Assembly: GCA_010093705.1 (NCBI GenBank)
Contig: MU006098.1
Coordinates: forward strand, 820,666 to 884,665
Source of the DNA: Patellaria atrata CBS 101060
Taxonomy: Eukaryota
Length of the DNA: 64,000 nucleotides
Reading direction: 5' to 3'
Shown: positions 1 through 13,148 of the stretch, one piece after another
Position numbering within the stretch: position 1 is the first letter of the stretch
Layout of the letters: each line of letters starts with the position of its first letter
Made by a program: the position numbers and the translations under genes
The notes under the pieces: model-generated
Database searches by the model: none
Seen by the model: the letters and a program-made list of their open reading frames with translations, nothing else
What the model was told of the DNA's origin: nothing

Positions 1-3000
1 AAATTCGGGGGCGAAGTTCGATTATGATATAAGAATATCTCGACGGCCCCCAGATGCGCAGCAAGTGTGAACGACTGGCACCACGGTCCACGGACCCTTG
101 TATTGCCCTATGGGGTCGCGAGACAGCACGGCCATAGTCTGGCACGAGAAAGGCGCGAGAGGAGGAGAAAGCATTGACGCTAAAGGTGACCGAACTGTAG
201 CAGACGGTGAATCCGCGCTAGGAAATTAAGAGAGACAGTATTGCTTTGCTTTGACGAGTTAACGAGTTGGGTGCCGCCGAAGTTTGGCAAGCAGATGTAC
301 CTCCGCCTCTTTCGCCTGCTCCGGCTGCGCAGAAGGGCAGAAGTCTACCAGATTTTGCGGTGTGTCGCCAGACTCGCCAGAGGCCACTCTAAGCCCCCAA
401 TCTGCGCAGCTGCAGCGCTAGTCCCTCACTGGTTTCCCCCACCTGCACAAGCACCTGCAGGTAGATACGTCGACGAGTGGGACGCTTGGGTAGAGAGGAC
501 GAATTTCGAGCATCTGTGCCATCTCTGGGCCCAAGGAACCTTGCCTATCCAATTGATGGTCCTTGGTCCAAGGGGGTTGACCACCGAGACCACCCCCCAA
601 GAAGCCTCCCTTGACCTCAATTTGACCCCTGTTCTGCAACTTCTGCCACTTCTCTCTAGGCGGCCCGCTTGTGTAGATCCCTGGCACTCCTCCCAAATAC
701 GACATCGGCCGGCCCTTTCGTTTCATTAACGTGGACACTCCCCTCGCCAGATCGGGGAGAAATAAGCGGACGTGGCTCTTTCGGTGGCTTTTTTGGGAGA
801 AGAGAGTTCTTGAAGATGCAATCACCGCCAACCACAAGCCTTCAATCTTGAGGATCGTGCTTCGGGTAGAAACACTTTCACTCTTTAGTCGTGGGACTCT
901 CCCGTCAATGGAATACAGCCAAGAGAGGTTTAACCATACTCTCGGACACCACATGAGGTTCTGATTGGATTGGCCGCCGGCACACTGTGAGCACTGTCGC
1001 TCATGTCCGGGGCATGGGCATTATTCCACTACTGGCCTTTAGGGGATCTGTCTGTGGAGGGGTAGCCGGTAGCGAAACAGGTACAGTACAAAGAAAATGC
1101 ACATTTGACTGATTTGAGTAACTACCGGTAGTATCCGTAGCATCGTAGGTTTTACTGAACCCCCCCAATAGCTAGGCGAAATGATAAGTAAGATGTTGTG
1201 TGCCTAAGGCAAAACCAATCAGTGATCTTAACCGCTTCTCCGTATGGGTTGTTGATAGGGGTCGGGCCGAAATTCGTCACAGCTTGCACCTCAAACGATC
1301 CGTTTCGTAGCGGAGGGGGGTTTGTGCTCAGTCTGGCAGATGGTGCGTTGGACAGACTGGCGGGAGAATCATCAAGATCGTTCAGTCCGAGGGTTCTGAG
1401 TGGCCGTGATGCAGAATTTTGCCAGTCTCTCTCTTGATTGTATCTGTAGCTTGGCGCTCTCACTTATTAGTCTTCCATTCACGAGCGAATTAGTCCAAGT
1501 GTTAGCAAAGGCGGTGGAATGTAGGGTACCAAGACTTATGGAATTTTCTCTAACCCCTGGATGGAACCCTCATATCACCAAATTTACCTCATTTAGACTG
1601 AAGCCAAACCCTTTTGAGCGTACCGTTGCAGCATGCAAGCCTTAACCATGCGGCTTTGCAACGCACCGCCTCTGTTGTCACCGACTCGACTTTTCTCTTC
1701 CTTTTTTGCACATGATGCAGTGGAGGGATGTTAAATGTGTCTTTCATTCTATCCCTTTCTCCACCGACTGTCGTCACCGATTCCTCATAACAGTGATTTC
1801 AACGTGTGCTCATGTCCATGTCGTTATTGTTAGAGTCCAGTATCCTTCACCGTACAAAGGCTCGCACCGAAGTTAGGCTCCTGCAAGGGGTTTCACAACA
1901 CCATACACCCTCAATGAAAGGTCTATTAGATGCTTTTATTTTTGCAATTGCTCCAATCGATAGATGATACGTTGGATGCATGTTGATATAACCACCCGCG
2001 ACATCATATCATTCATTATTCCTTCATGCCTGGCGTATCAGAAGAGCAGTTAGGCCACAACCCAACGGTCATGGATAAACGTTGGAGATCTGACCAGCCA
2101 GATTTCGCCATGTTGTTTCATATTCCCACTCCGCTTCGTATTTATCCGTGACCCAAGCACTGTCTTACGGGTCATCATTCCATTCTCTCCGGTTCCCGGC
2201 CCCTTGGATAGGGCTGATAAGCGGTCTCGTGGGCGGGTTGGAGGAACGATTAACGAGCATGGAGAGACAAGCCTTAAGAGCTTGACTCTTTGCAGCGACG
2301 CTGTTTGGCCTTTGAGTTTTGTACAACTTCTACCGTCATTCGTCAGTCGCCATTATTGTTCGTGAGATGTTGTGCTGCCCGGTTGCTGGAGCGAAGTTGC
2401 ATCCAATTCCTTCGTGTGCAATATTTCCCGGCAAATGTAACCCTCGCGTTGCACATTTCTTTAAACCCGAATGTCATCGTGTTTATTTGCTCTTCTGTAA
2501 TTCTCAGAGCAGCATTCGCACCGAATAGCATCATTGTGTCTTCCTCAGTAGGTCTAGAATATCTGTACAGTCAGAGAAAACCCGCCCTCGGAGAGGATTA
2601 CACTGTCCACATCTTCCACTGAGATATTGACTGAAAAAAGGGTCGTCCCAACATCATCGTCCGTCGATGGAACGATGACACAAAGTATGGCGATACTGTA
2701 TTCGCCGAAGATACCATCCATATCAACAGCCCTCCTCCGATAGGGTTATGGACTCATGGTTTGACTTAAAATATAGCACATTTCCAAAATTCATTTCGTA
2801 CCCCGCAGAAGATACACTTGCAGATTGTGCCAAAGAACAAAGCTCGATTGTAGAGTGTTAGGTTTTCGTTAATGTGAATTCTTCCCTCTCGGCGTTTCCG
2901 TGCCCCCCAGGTGACCCCTCTGCCCTTAAAATTCGAATAAATCAAAGCCAAAACTTGAACGAAAGAGACAACATTTGGCCAGCAAGGCTTACATGTTCAT

Positions 3001-6000
3001 GTTGATTGCATCATCATTTGGGTCGCCGTTCAAACATTGGAACTAATATCTTGACCTTCTTTTGATGGTGTGTATTTCGTACTCAAGTCTCAGGGCGTAC
3101 GTAGTTGTATTTCTTCGCTGGCGTTGCACTCCTACACGGACCACCGCCGACGAGCAAACGGACGGCGGGGAACAAGGGGAAGCCACCTTGACAATAAAAC
3201 CAAGATCTAACTGTGGCGCTTCAACAAGCGTGACAAGTCCACAGATATCTAAATTTGGACTACCAGCCACACGGTAGTAAGAAGCTCGGTCCTCTCATGG
3301 CGGTGCCCTCTCGTGTTCGTCATTACAGGAAGGGGATGCTCTTCATGACGAGGACGACTGAGCTTCCTCCCATAGCATAAATCCTTCCTTGGACGTTATG
3401 TGATTATCAATTGGATGAACATAATAGAGCATCACGCGTGGGACTTGCAGTATCTGCTCCTTCAAGAAATGGGATGATAGGGGCCGTTTGTTTCGAGATT
3501 CCGACAGATGTTGGTCCATGGATAAGCGTGTTCTCTCAAATAATCGGAAGAGAGTGCATGTTGCCGCGATATGTTATCAAAAGTCCCAGACGGAAAGACC
3601 CAGTCAGTGTTGAGTTCTGGTATTGCTGCCGGTACTGTTTGTTCAATAATACAGCAACTTGAGAAACCTCCCTTTTGGAAACCCCCACATGGGATGAGCA
3701 GGATGAACAGGAGACCGAAGAAAATGAATAAGGTATCTCCTGTTGTCGCAAGTCTGATCAAAGAAATCCGACTTACGGTTGCTGATTGGTGTTTAACACG
3801 AGATCCTAGACGGCTCCTTTAGCGCGGAGCCCCGACGGAAATTTGATGATTGATCGGCTTCATCTGTAGATCGTAAGCACGGCAGGAATATACCCCGCCT
3901 CTACCTTGTTGTCACCTTTATAGAAAAGTTTTCTGTCAGCAAAGATCCGTAAATATTATCAATCTCGGAGAGGCCATATCCTGATATCGTGTCAACAAAA
4001 GAACCCGGAATTTTCCATCATACTATTCTTATCCGATACCAGCATTGAATTAAGCGGTTATACTATTTTGGCTGTTGCATTAGGACTAGTAGACAGGATG
4101 CCACATGTAAAACCATATCTCTTGTGATCTTGCTTCAAGTACCCGTGGTATCCTGGGTTCCTGTAACTTTATTGTCCAGGATACCCTTTCACTTTTAAAA
4201 GTATGTTGTAGAATTCGTCACTGCTGTCCAGAAGCATCAAAGGTGTGCGAATTTGCAGGGCCGGTCGATATAGTTTTGGGTTACCCACCACGCAGAGCCG
4301 CTTCAAGATAGGAAATATTGAACGAAGCTGCATTTGCTACGCAAGCCACGAAGCGAAATCTCCAGATTTGGCTTGATCTAGAACCGCTGGGCTGGCGGGT
4401 GATCACCATGGTGAGTGTTAGTACGACCGTGTAAGCCATTGACTTTCAACGACAACGGGAACAATAATGACAACGACGTCAAGCAAAACATTTTACAAAA
4501 TCGAGAATTGAGATCTTCAAATCACTCTTGACCACCAAGAAAAGTGACACTAGTAATTACCTTATCCGAAAACCTTCCTCGCTTTGATCGCATTCATGTA
4601 CCTCAGGAAGATTGTAAGGTTTGGATAGCACTCGAACCCGCCGAATCACTTCTCTGAACGTGACTGGACCCCAAATGTGATATATAGAACCCATGGTTAT
4701 GCATCGTATCAACTATTAATTGAGCAGTTTCATGTACGTCCGTAAGCGGGGAAGATAAAAGCAATGCCCCGAAAGGTTCCACCCCGCATCTGCACCGCAA
4801 CGGGACGAGGGGGTAATCTTTGGGACCATGGACGCGAGACCCAAGGAACCGTGTGCCAGAGTTACGGGTTCAAGTTCAAATCTTCAACCAGGAGCATCTC
4901 TAGATTGTAGCCCGGCTATCCCTGGTGTTATTTGACGGTTCCGTTCGCTTCCTGCAACTGTCGTGATCATAAGATAAGCCACCAGTTTTGCACAGAGAGA
5001 ACTAAGGCCCCGTAGCATTCGACTTAATGTTTCTGGCCGCAAACGGACCTAAAAACAAACTTCGAGGATCCCGTGTCTCAATGTACCTGCTAAACTCATC
5101 ACTGTTGAAGCCGGCGGCTCGCCGATGCCTAAGTCATGTTGATCGATAATCCTTCGGTACACCGAACGACTGGTTTGAACCGTATGATAGCAGGGACAGG
5201 CACATTAAAGAAGTTCCCAAGGGTACAGGCTGAATATCGTACGGAAAATTGGAGTAAGGATCCCAATCTTGGTGATTTCTGATGTTCATTTTGAGCCCTT
5301 TAATTTATGCCTGCCCTTTCCACTGCTGACCGACTGCTTGATACAACCCTAATGATGTACCGAGCCTGAGGTGCAGGGAAACAGACCATGCATCGGAGTG
5401 ATTGAGCCTGCATATGCCCCTGCTATTATGCAAGTGCTATATTTCTGGGATTTATGTAGAGAAAGGAAGGTGAGTTGGCAAGGTCAATTCGATCGATTGA
5501 GAATTTTTACATTGGAGCTTCGCACGTGTGCATGATCCTGTGGAGTTAATTTTCATTCTGGAATGACCGGAATACGCCATGAAAGCGCCATTGTTGTAGA
5601 TAACCGCATTGATATGGTAGTCCTTTGAATAATGACAAGGGAGATCGAAAAGGTTTCGCAGTATTCAGACCATCTTACAAGTGCTAACAAATTTTACATG
5701 TTGTTGGTTGGACATCTTTGACCAGTAATCAAGAAATTAGAGCAGTTCTGGACTATCCGCACCTATTAGCCAAAGGGAAGGACCTCGCAAAAAAATGAAT
5801 AAATCTATCTCTATGTAGTGCGTAATTGTTTTTGTTGTAACATTGGAACGAGCATGTTCCGATTGGCTGCTTCCAGAGTTTCAGAGGTTCATCCGCTGCC
5901 ATGACTTACCTTGCAGTTTATTTGTAATCACTCAACTTCAAGTTTTGGGATATGATAACCCAAGATAAATAAGTTGTGTTCGAAGGTTGTGTCTCTAAAG

Positions 6001-7014
6001 TCTTAAATCACGAAGCTGTCAAAGTAGGCCACGGCTGTGATTGCCGTCCTCTGCCGTTTTAACTCCAAAATGATTTGGTAACGAAACCTTGATAGACCGG
6101 GAGATAGGAGGTTGAAGATAACACCAAAGTCATCTTAATAAGCAACAAGTTTGAGTTTGCCTTCCAGTTCCTCTTGGAATCTTTGGTAATAGGTCGTAGG
6201 AGAAGTTTGCAGTTAGCAATTACGTATGGGTAAGTGCAAGTTAGATGGATCTGCTGTAGTTGTGGCAGAAAAGGGACGTTGATGCCCCGTGACGACTACC
6301 AAAACTTTTGGAAAAGACCTCTTTGACCAATTTAAAGCTGATCAGATAACAATCGAAGTCGCTGTAGCCAGGTAGGTCAGGGTCAGTAAGTGTCCAGCAT
6401 GAATATCCGCTCTTCTTGGAATGCTCACTGGTAAGCACCCCGTAAAACTCCCACATACATTATATGAAAAATATCAGTAATGAAGTGCTGCAAACACGGG
6501 TAATGTGAGAGACAACACATCTCCCAATTCACTCAGGTAAGCAATAAGTGAGTGAACAGGTGTAACTGCATTCTCGCAAGTCAGCCTAGTAGCTGAAGTA
6601 CGGTATCTAGGGTGATGAGAGAATGAAAAGTAAGGTCTGAGGTCGGGTGTACCTTAGATGTCTGAATAAATTTTGTACACTAGGGGATCGTATGACTGGA
6701 GAAGGGAAGAGCGAGCGAGGAGGTGAGACTTTCGGACTAAGAAAGAACTTCGCCCAAGAGTGAACATCAGTGTAGTCTGTTCCAGCAGGGATATAGGAGT
6801 TGTCTCTGAAAAGCAAATTAACAGTTATTAGAGACCGTTCATAGGAGAGAGGAATACCTATTGCCTTGCATTCAAGAAAAACATTGAATCACCACTTAGG
6901 ATCTGGTGCAGCAGCAGCAAATATCATACTCGAATAAGCCATGAATTCTCTCTTCCTGTCGTCAAAATTTACTAATATATAACGTACTGTACATGGAAAC
7001 CCTCCAAATGTCGA

Positions 7015-7945
7015 TTAATAATGTAATCTAAAAAGCCTATCAATGACTTTATGCTATAGTTAGTCCTTAGAACTTCAGACGGGAGCACACAACTATACCT
7101 TTTCCATCCTCCATCATCCAGCCCGACATATCAATTTTCCAAAACTGGTCTTCCCCAATATATATCTTGACCTGCCCTTCTCGAAACCACATCCGTCTCG
7201 TTGCTAACAATATCCTAAAGAAGGAACCGGCGACGGAGAACGCAGCGCGCGTTAGAATATTTTGTCTCGCTTTTTTTTCTCGTATCTCCCTCCTTAAGAC
7301 GCTCCACGGATCTTGAAAACCAGCAACCCTTGCTCCAATGGTTATGTCTTGTAGGGAAGCTTCTTTAACCACCCCTTTAATGAACGGAATGAAGGGCTTT
7401 TCTCGTAAAACGATTTTGATGGTCGGCCTAGAACCGTTTCTAACCGGAACTACAGTAAGAGATTTTACCAAACCATGTGGAGCCCGGACAAAGTAGACCC
7501 CAAAGGAGATTAACAATAGCGATGATGCACCATACGCATACGGTACGAACCAGGGGAGGTTCGGAGGTCGTCGCAGAACAAAGTTATCGAGAGTGTAGGC
7601 GCCAGCTAGGAAGAATAAGGTCCCTGTAGCTAGGGCGTTCCAGGTAAAGAAAGGGGTACGAGGGGCCTCATAGATCACGGTTGGAGTCGTTTTCAGCGCA
7701 AGCGACGCAGGTGTCGTCACTCTCAACGAGGCATTGGGATTGGACGGATTCGCCGCTGGCACCGACCCTTTCTTGAAAGATGGAGCTTGAGGAAGCTGTC
7801 TGACACGAATTGACCTGGAGAACCATCGAATATTACGCGAGGGTTGCGTCTCTTGAAATTGGGTTACAAAGGAGCGAAGTGCAGGTGGTAGTTGTAGGTA
7901 TTTACAGCGGAACGAACTGGCGCATCTTATTGAGACGATAGACAT
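7015..7945 (-). CDS. Conserved fungal hypothetical protein, probable mitochondrial inner-membrane protein (2 TM; TMEM223/TMEM70-like layout)
   Basis: ATG at 7945. R/S-rich, acid-poor presequence-like N-terminus, then IYEAP and two hydrophobic segments. Likely intron 7047-7098 (GTATAG..GACTAAC..AAG) gives the C-terminus DGKVIDRLFRLHY* ending at 7015. Confidence 0.75.
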
Positions 7946-8092
7946 GCTATGTTGAGATTAATTGCTTGTGTAGTAGATAAGTGATACAATTTTACTTGCT
8001 CAATGAAGCTTGCCGTCTTGTTAGTTGTCCAAAGGTCTGCAGTTCAATGAAGCTGTGGAGCTTCCATACGAGTGATGTTCGCCGAGAATTTA

Positions 8093-9417
8093 GCGCATGC
8101 AGAATTCTTCCGACACCTTGGCATTTCAAAATCCTCGCTCTACACCACAGATTAGTATTAGAATAAAGGACTGCTCCTATATACTAGTAAAGTCGTAATT
8201 AGTAATAAATAAGGCTATAAGTCTTACCTAATTTATATGAAATATAATATTTATAAGTATTTTAGCTTTTAAAACTTATATTATTGTTACTGAGGGGAGT
8301 TTAAACCGCTCTGAGCCAGAACTAGAGAGGTATAAACACGCGCGAGGTTTCTCACTGATGAGAGACCTGTCACGATCTGGATCTCAACGATCGTAACAGT
8401 GGTTAGTGGCATGATGGATTGACGTCGGTCCATAGGCCTTGGCACACATGTAGATATATCTTCCCCTACCACCACGTAGATAGCTCCTCAACTTGTTGTC
8501 CTTCGTCAATAGTAGTATCGTTGTGGCCAGCTCGCATCTGAAGATACTCGCTATGACACCTCCTTCCTGGAAGGGTAGGTTTCCGCTTCGTGATAGAACG
8601 TGTAAAGGCTTGCACTTCAAGTTAACGATATAACTTGCTTCTTCTTTACTCTCTCTCCAAGGCTTCACAATAGAGACAAGTGATACTGCACGAACACAGT
8701 ATGACAAAGGTGAGTTAAGTCAAAGATCGTAACATCTAATATATGCTGGTTAGATGGTAAGAAGAACCACGAAGAATCTAAATACATGCGTAAAGGAGCG
8801 TTCTTAAGTATTCCTTCACAGTCCTGAAATGAGCGTGCTCCCGCCCGCTCCCATCTGCTCCCATCTCCACAAGTGGGATCACCTTGCTTACTAACCGCTG
8901 ATCACGTGACTTCTCGTCGTAGTTTCTCCAACACGGCATGGCTTTTCGTGCTCTACTCGCTGTTGATGCCGTTTCTTGTCTTGGGGCCGTAACAAAAAAA
9001 TAACTTTAAAGTTAATTAATTAATAATCAAGTGAATTAATCAACAATCAAGTGAATTAAGTAAATAGTTATGTTATGGCCATAGGACAAGCGCGAGAGAA
9101 TACCAAGTGTTAAAGATATAAGGTACAGGCTGAAGCGCACCGGGGTATGAAACGGAACAACTAACATGGAGATCACGTGACGTGCTCAGAGGTAACTGAG
9201 CACTGAGCAACTCTGAGCAGTTACAGTTTAGAGCTAGGGAGAAGGAATATTCTAAATATTTCGAACTATTATAATACTAAAAATCGATAATATATAACTA
9301 TAACTATACTCTTAGGGCTTTACTCATCTTTAAAAGCTATTCTTAATTCTAACACTAATCTATGGTATGGAGCGAGGATTTCAAAACGCCAAGGTGTCGG
9401 AAGAATTTTGCATGCGC
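8093..9417. mobile_element. Putative non-autonomous TIR DNA transposon (MITE-like), degenerate
   Basis: Inverted repeat 8088-8164 vs 9346-9422, 69/77 identical, all 8 mismatches transitions. TA on both sides (8091-8092, 9418-9419). AT-rich subterminal tracts. No intact transposase ORF. Confidence 0.65.
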
Positions 9418-9577
9418 TAAATGGCACGGAGGTTTCAAAACGCCGCCCGATCATCACTTTGCTGAACTCAACAGTTCCGAAATGACAGTTTGTACAGCTT
9501 TCGTATCATCGATGCACCGCAGTTGAGCGAATCCAAAGGCTCCGTGGACTCTGTCCACTGATTAAATTCATATCAAG

Positions 9578-11087
9578 ATGTCTTCCGCAGCTGCAGTATG
9601 TAGGGTTTCGACTTGGACCGCGAGTCGTAGTCTGCGAAATCGTGGCTCCTCAAGATGTAGCTCTATACCGTCTCCCATTAGTCAATTGACTCGCATTGAC
9701 AGATATCATAGATTTCGGGACGTCGGCCTCAAATCTAGCAGCTTCGAATTTTACAATGCCCGCAATGTCGCCGACAATGACTGAGGGGAATATTTCGTCG
9801 TGGAAGGTTAAAGAGGGTATGCCAACTGCACATTACAACTCGACATTTCTACTCTGGAGAGGACCTTGGGTCGATTATATAGCATTACTCTAACTCAATA
9901 CATATTAGGCGATTCATTTTCTGCTGGAGATATTCTACTTGAAATAGAGACAGACAAAGCGCAGATGGACGTTGAGGCGCAAGATGACGGAGTTATAGCA
10001 AAGATATTAGTGGGTCATATACAGCTCATGATTTCATTTCAGAAGTTGCTCACCATGGTAACAGCAAAGTGATGGTAGTAAATCTGTAAAAGTCGGATCC
10101 CGAATCGCTGTACTCGCAGAACCCGGCGACAATCTCGAAAGCTTAGAACTTCCCCCAGATGATTCATCTAAACCAGCCTCATCGGACAAAGGTCAACAAG
10201 AATCTACACCATCTAAACCGCGAGAACCATCTCAAGAGTCATCTAACGCGCCATCATCCGAATCAAGCTCGTCTAAAGCGTCGGGTATTAAAGACATCCC
10301 AGGCAAGACGCAGAAACAGACATACCCACTCTACCCTTCTGTGCAACACCTACTGCATGAGAAAGGACTTTCAAAAGACGATGCAAACAGTATACCTGCC
10401 TCTGGTCCAAACGGTCGTCTCCTCAAAGGGGACGTCCTTGCGTACTTGGGAAAGATTGACAAGTCTCATCCGTCCGCACTGTCTGACCGCCTGAGCAAGC
10501 TCGGTCATCTCGACCTCTCTAACATTAAGCTCGCCGCACCCAAGGATAAGCCTACGCCTAAAGAGAACGCAACTGCACCTCCGGAGCCCGTCCCAGAGCT
10601 TCCTGTGCACGTATCGCTTCCAGTATCTTTCGCTGCTGTTTTGGCGACCCAGAAACGAGTGCAGGAGTCCTTGGGAATATTACTACCTCTATCTACCTTC
10701 ATTGCCCGCGCAACAGATTTAGCGAACGATGACCTACCCCGATCCAAGACCGCAGTACCTTCTCGGGATGAGTTATTCAACGAAGTACTAGGCATAAAAG
10801 AAGAGCAAAGATCACGTGGAACTTTTAACCCAATAGTATCTACGTTACCTTCCGTGGGGACGGCTCGCGGTATGAGATTGGCATCGAAGAAGGTTGATAT
10901 ATTTGATATTCTCACAGGCACACCTGCTGTTAAGAAAGCACCAGTAGCGGTAGGTTTGAGTGGAGTAGGTGGAGCTACGAATGTGTTTAGTGTGGCTACC
11001 CAGAAGGGAGATGAAAGGCGGGCTAGGGTGTTCTTAGAGAGGATGAAGACGGCGTTAGAGGCGGAGCCAGGGAGGCTAGTACTTTGA
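9578..11087 (+). CDS. PDX1: Pyruvate dehydrogenase complex protein X (E3-binding protein)
   Basis: Mitochondrial presequence; lipoyl domain ([28 protein letters not shown]); E3-binding domain ([18 protein letters not shown]); fungal C-terminal domain. Introns 9657-9711, 9817-9908 and 10010-10064 restore the frame. Confidence 0.93.
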
Positions 11088-11746
11088 TAGACGGGGATTT
11101 GTATCATATTGTGTCTATTATTAGTGCTCAGAGTTGGAATTTCACCATTCGAATTGATACCAGGGGAAATATTTGTATTGCTACCTTGGTTATCATATGC
11201 AAGGAGTAATATTTTACCTCCGGTGTCCTTTGATGCGAACTACCGTTAAGGAGACGGGGGCTTCTTCAAAGCTTACAAATACTGATATTTCTTTCGCTTC
11301 CAGTGCGGTAGGATGGATGGAATATTCATATCTCTCATGTTCCAGTCAGGAGTGATGTTTTCTCCACGAATGCCAAGCTGCGGTTAGAACTAGGTAGGCC
11401 TGGAGAGAAATACTTCCACCACTTGAAGCCCCAGATTCTTCCCCGGACTCTCAAACTTTCTCCTCATCAGCTCCATCAACGACTATCTCGTAAACATTAT
11501 TCTGACAAAGACAAGCCTTGCTCTCATCTCCCAGGAACACACACTGTCTGTGAATATAATTCTCCCGTCATGTGTTCATTGACGTCGCGAAGATATCGGT
11601 CCTTCCATGGACCTGGTTGACTCCTCCGTGCTGGGGTAGTTTCCCCGGCTTGTCGAGGAAGAATCGCATGATCGTCCTTCAAACTTGATGGATTGAGCAA
11701 TAGAAATGAAGAGGCAAATTGATATCCCTGCTCTATGCAAGCATAG

Positions 11747-11754
11747 TATATAAA
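11747..11754 (+). promoter_or_regulatory. TATA box of pectate lyase gene
   Basis: TATATAAA ~65 nt upstream of ATG 11818. Confidence 0.6.
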
Positions 11755-11817
11755 GGCCTCCTCGCAGAGGCACCCAAATAGCAGGCTTCAGCACAGTTCT
11801 CTCCCTTGGTTACAAAG

Positions 11818-12879
11818 ATGAAGGTCTCTTTACTCAATACCCTCGCCTACATGGCGGCTCTCGTCACTGCTGCACCTTCAGGATGCGACTTTTCTCTTGT
11901 AGGTTTTGGCAAGGATAACCCAATTGGCGCAACGACTGGTGGAAAGGGTGGACGTATCGTCACTGTTACAACTCCAGAAGCATTGGCTTCAGCCGTAGAA
12001 GGAAATGAACCAAGAACGGTTTACGCAAAAGGAACTTTCAATCTGACTTCTCGCCTCCGTGTCGGCAGTAACAAGAGCATCATCGGCGTTGGTAAAGGGG
12101 CGGAGGTTCGTCAAAATGGAGTGACAATCGCCAACTCCACCAATGTAATCCTCCGAAATTTCGGTATCAGATTCATTGTCGACAATGACGGCATCACCGT
12201 CCAGAACAGTACCCGTGTTTGGATCGATCATAATGAGTTCGAGTCCGAATTCAGCCAGGAAGTTGGACCCGATTACTATGATGGACAATGTGATATTGTC
12301 CGCGGTAGCGACTGGATAACCGTCTCTTGGAATTACTTCCACAATCATTGGAAGTCTTCGCTAATCGGTAACTCCGACGTCCTCCGGGATGTTGATTTCG
12401 GAAAGTTGCACATCACCTATCATCACAACTATTGGCGCAATATAGGAACCAGAGGTCCTGCTGGTCGTTTCGGGCACCAACATATCTATAATAATTTATA
12501 TGTTGACTTTCATTATCAAGCAATCCATAGCCGTAGCGATAACCAGGTGCTAGTTGAGGGTAACGTGTTCAAGGGTGATACCAGGACTGCACTCACCACA
12601 TACGGCCTCGTTATTCCAGAAGATTCTCCAAATACATCCCCTGAAGGTGACCCTGAGATCGATGGCTTTGCAAACCTTGGTGCAAGTATGTTCACAATCT
12701 CCCCTTGTGATTCATGGTCATTGGCTGACAACCGTATAGAGAACGACTTTGGCAACTCTGATGTTAATATCACACAAAAGGGCACATTCTACAAAGCTCC
12801 GTACCGCTATAAGCTTACTCCACTCGATCGGGTTGAGTCAATTGTGAAACAAGGTGTTGGTTTAGGCAATCTAGGATAA
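11818..12879 (+). CDS. Secreted pectate lyase, polysaccharide lyase family 1
   Basis: Signal peptide MKVSLLNTLAYMAALVTA; TTGGKGG; vGSNKSIIG; VWIDHNEF; ITVSWNYF; RGPAGRFG..HIYNN. A 54-nt in-frame intron at 12686-12739 (GTATGT..GCTGAC..TAG) is read through by the ORF track. Confidence 0.93.
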   Translation: MKVSLLNTLAYMAALVTAAPSGCDFSLVGFGKDNPIGATTGGKGGRIVTVTTPEALASAVEGNEPRTVYAKGTFNLTSRLRVGSNKSIIGVGKGAEVRQNGVTIANSTNVILRNFGIRFIVDNDGITVQNSTRVWIDHNEFESEFSQEVGPDYYDGQCDIVRGSDWITVSWNYFHNHWKSSLIGNSDVLRDVDFGKLHITYHHNYWRNIGTRGPAGRFGHQHIYNNLYVDFHYQAIHSRSDNQVLVEGNVFKGDTRTALTTYGLVIPEDSPNTSPEGDPEIDGFANLGASMFTISPCDSWSLADNRIENDFGNSDVNITQKGTFYKAPYRYKLTPLDRVESIVKQGVGLGNLG

Positions 12880-13148
12880 AGTATAGGTTACATATCTAAG
12901 TCTTCTAAATCCTCCTCAAGTCTTTGTGCAACAAAGGAAAGCGGAATTCGTTCTAGTGAATAGTTGTTAAGGTCCCCAAGAGAAGTGTTTCGGCACTATC
13001 TTCTTTCGATCGTGGAACCAGGAAAGATCTTCGTCCCATAACAGGATAACATAATTTACGATCTTCCCCAATATACCGTTGTACATCTCTAGGTATTCTT
13101 AAGAATAATTTTCTCAGATTGTTTACTCTAGGCGGACTCTCTCCTATT

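Noticed and set aside
3462..3761. Short ORF with a signal-peptide-like hydrophobic start
   Set aside because: Starts at TTG with no ATG, and no family is recognised. At most it is part of the decayed region.
8370..8760. Possible RIP-killed ORF inside the inverted-repeat element (minus strand, ..CLYCEALERE*RRSKLYR*LEVQAF..)
   Set aside because: Any stop codon can be read as a C>T product, so the argument is circular. No transposase or other motif is recognisable.
12686..12739. 18-aa 'insertion' in the pectate lyase
   Set aside because: Ordinary 54-nt intron with canonical signals that happens to be in frame.
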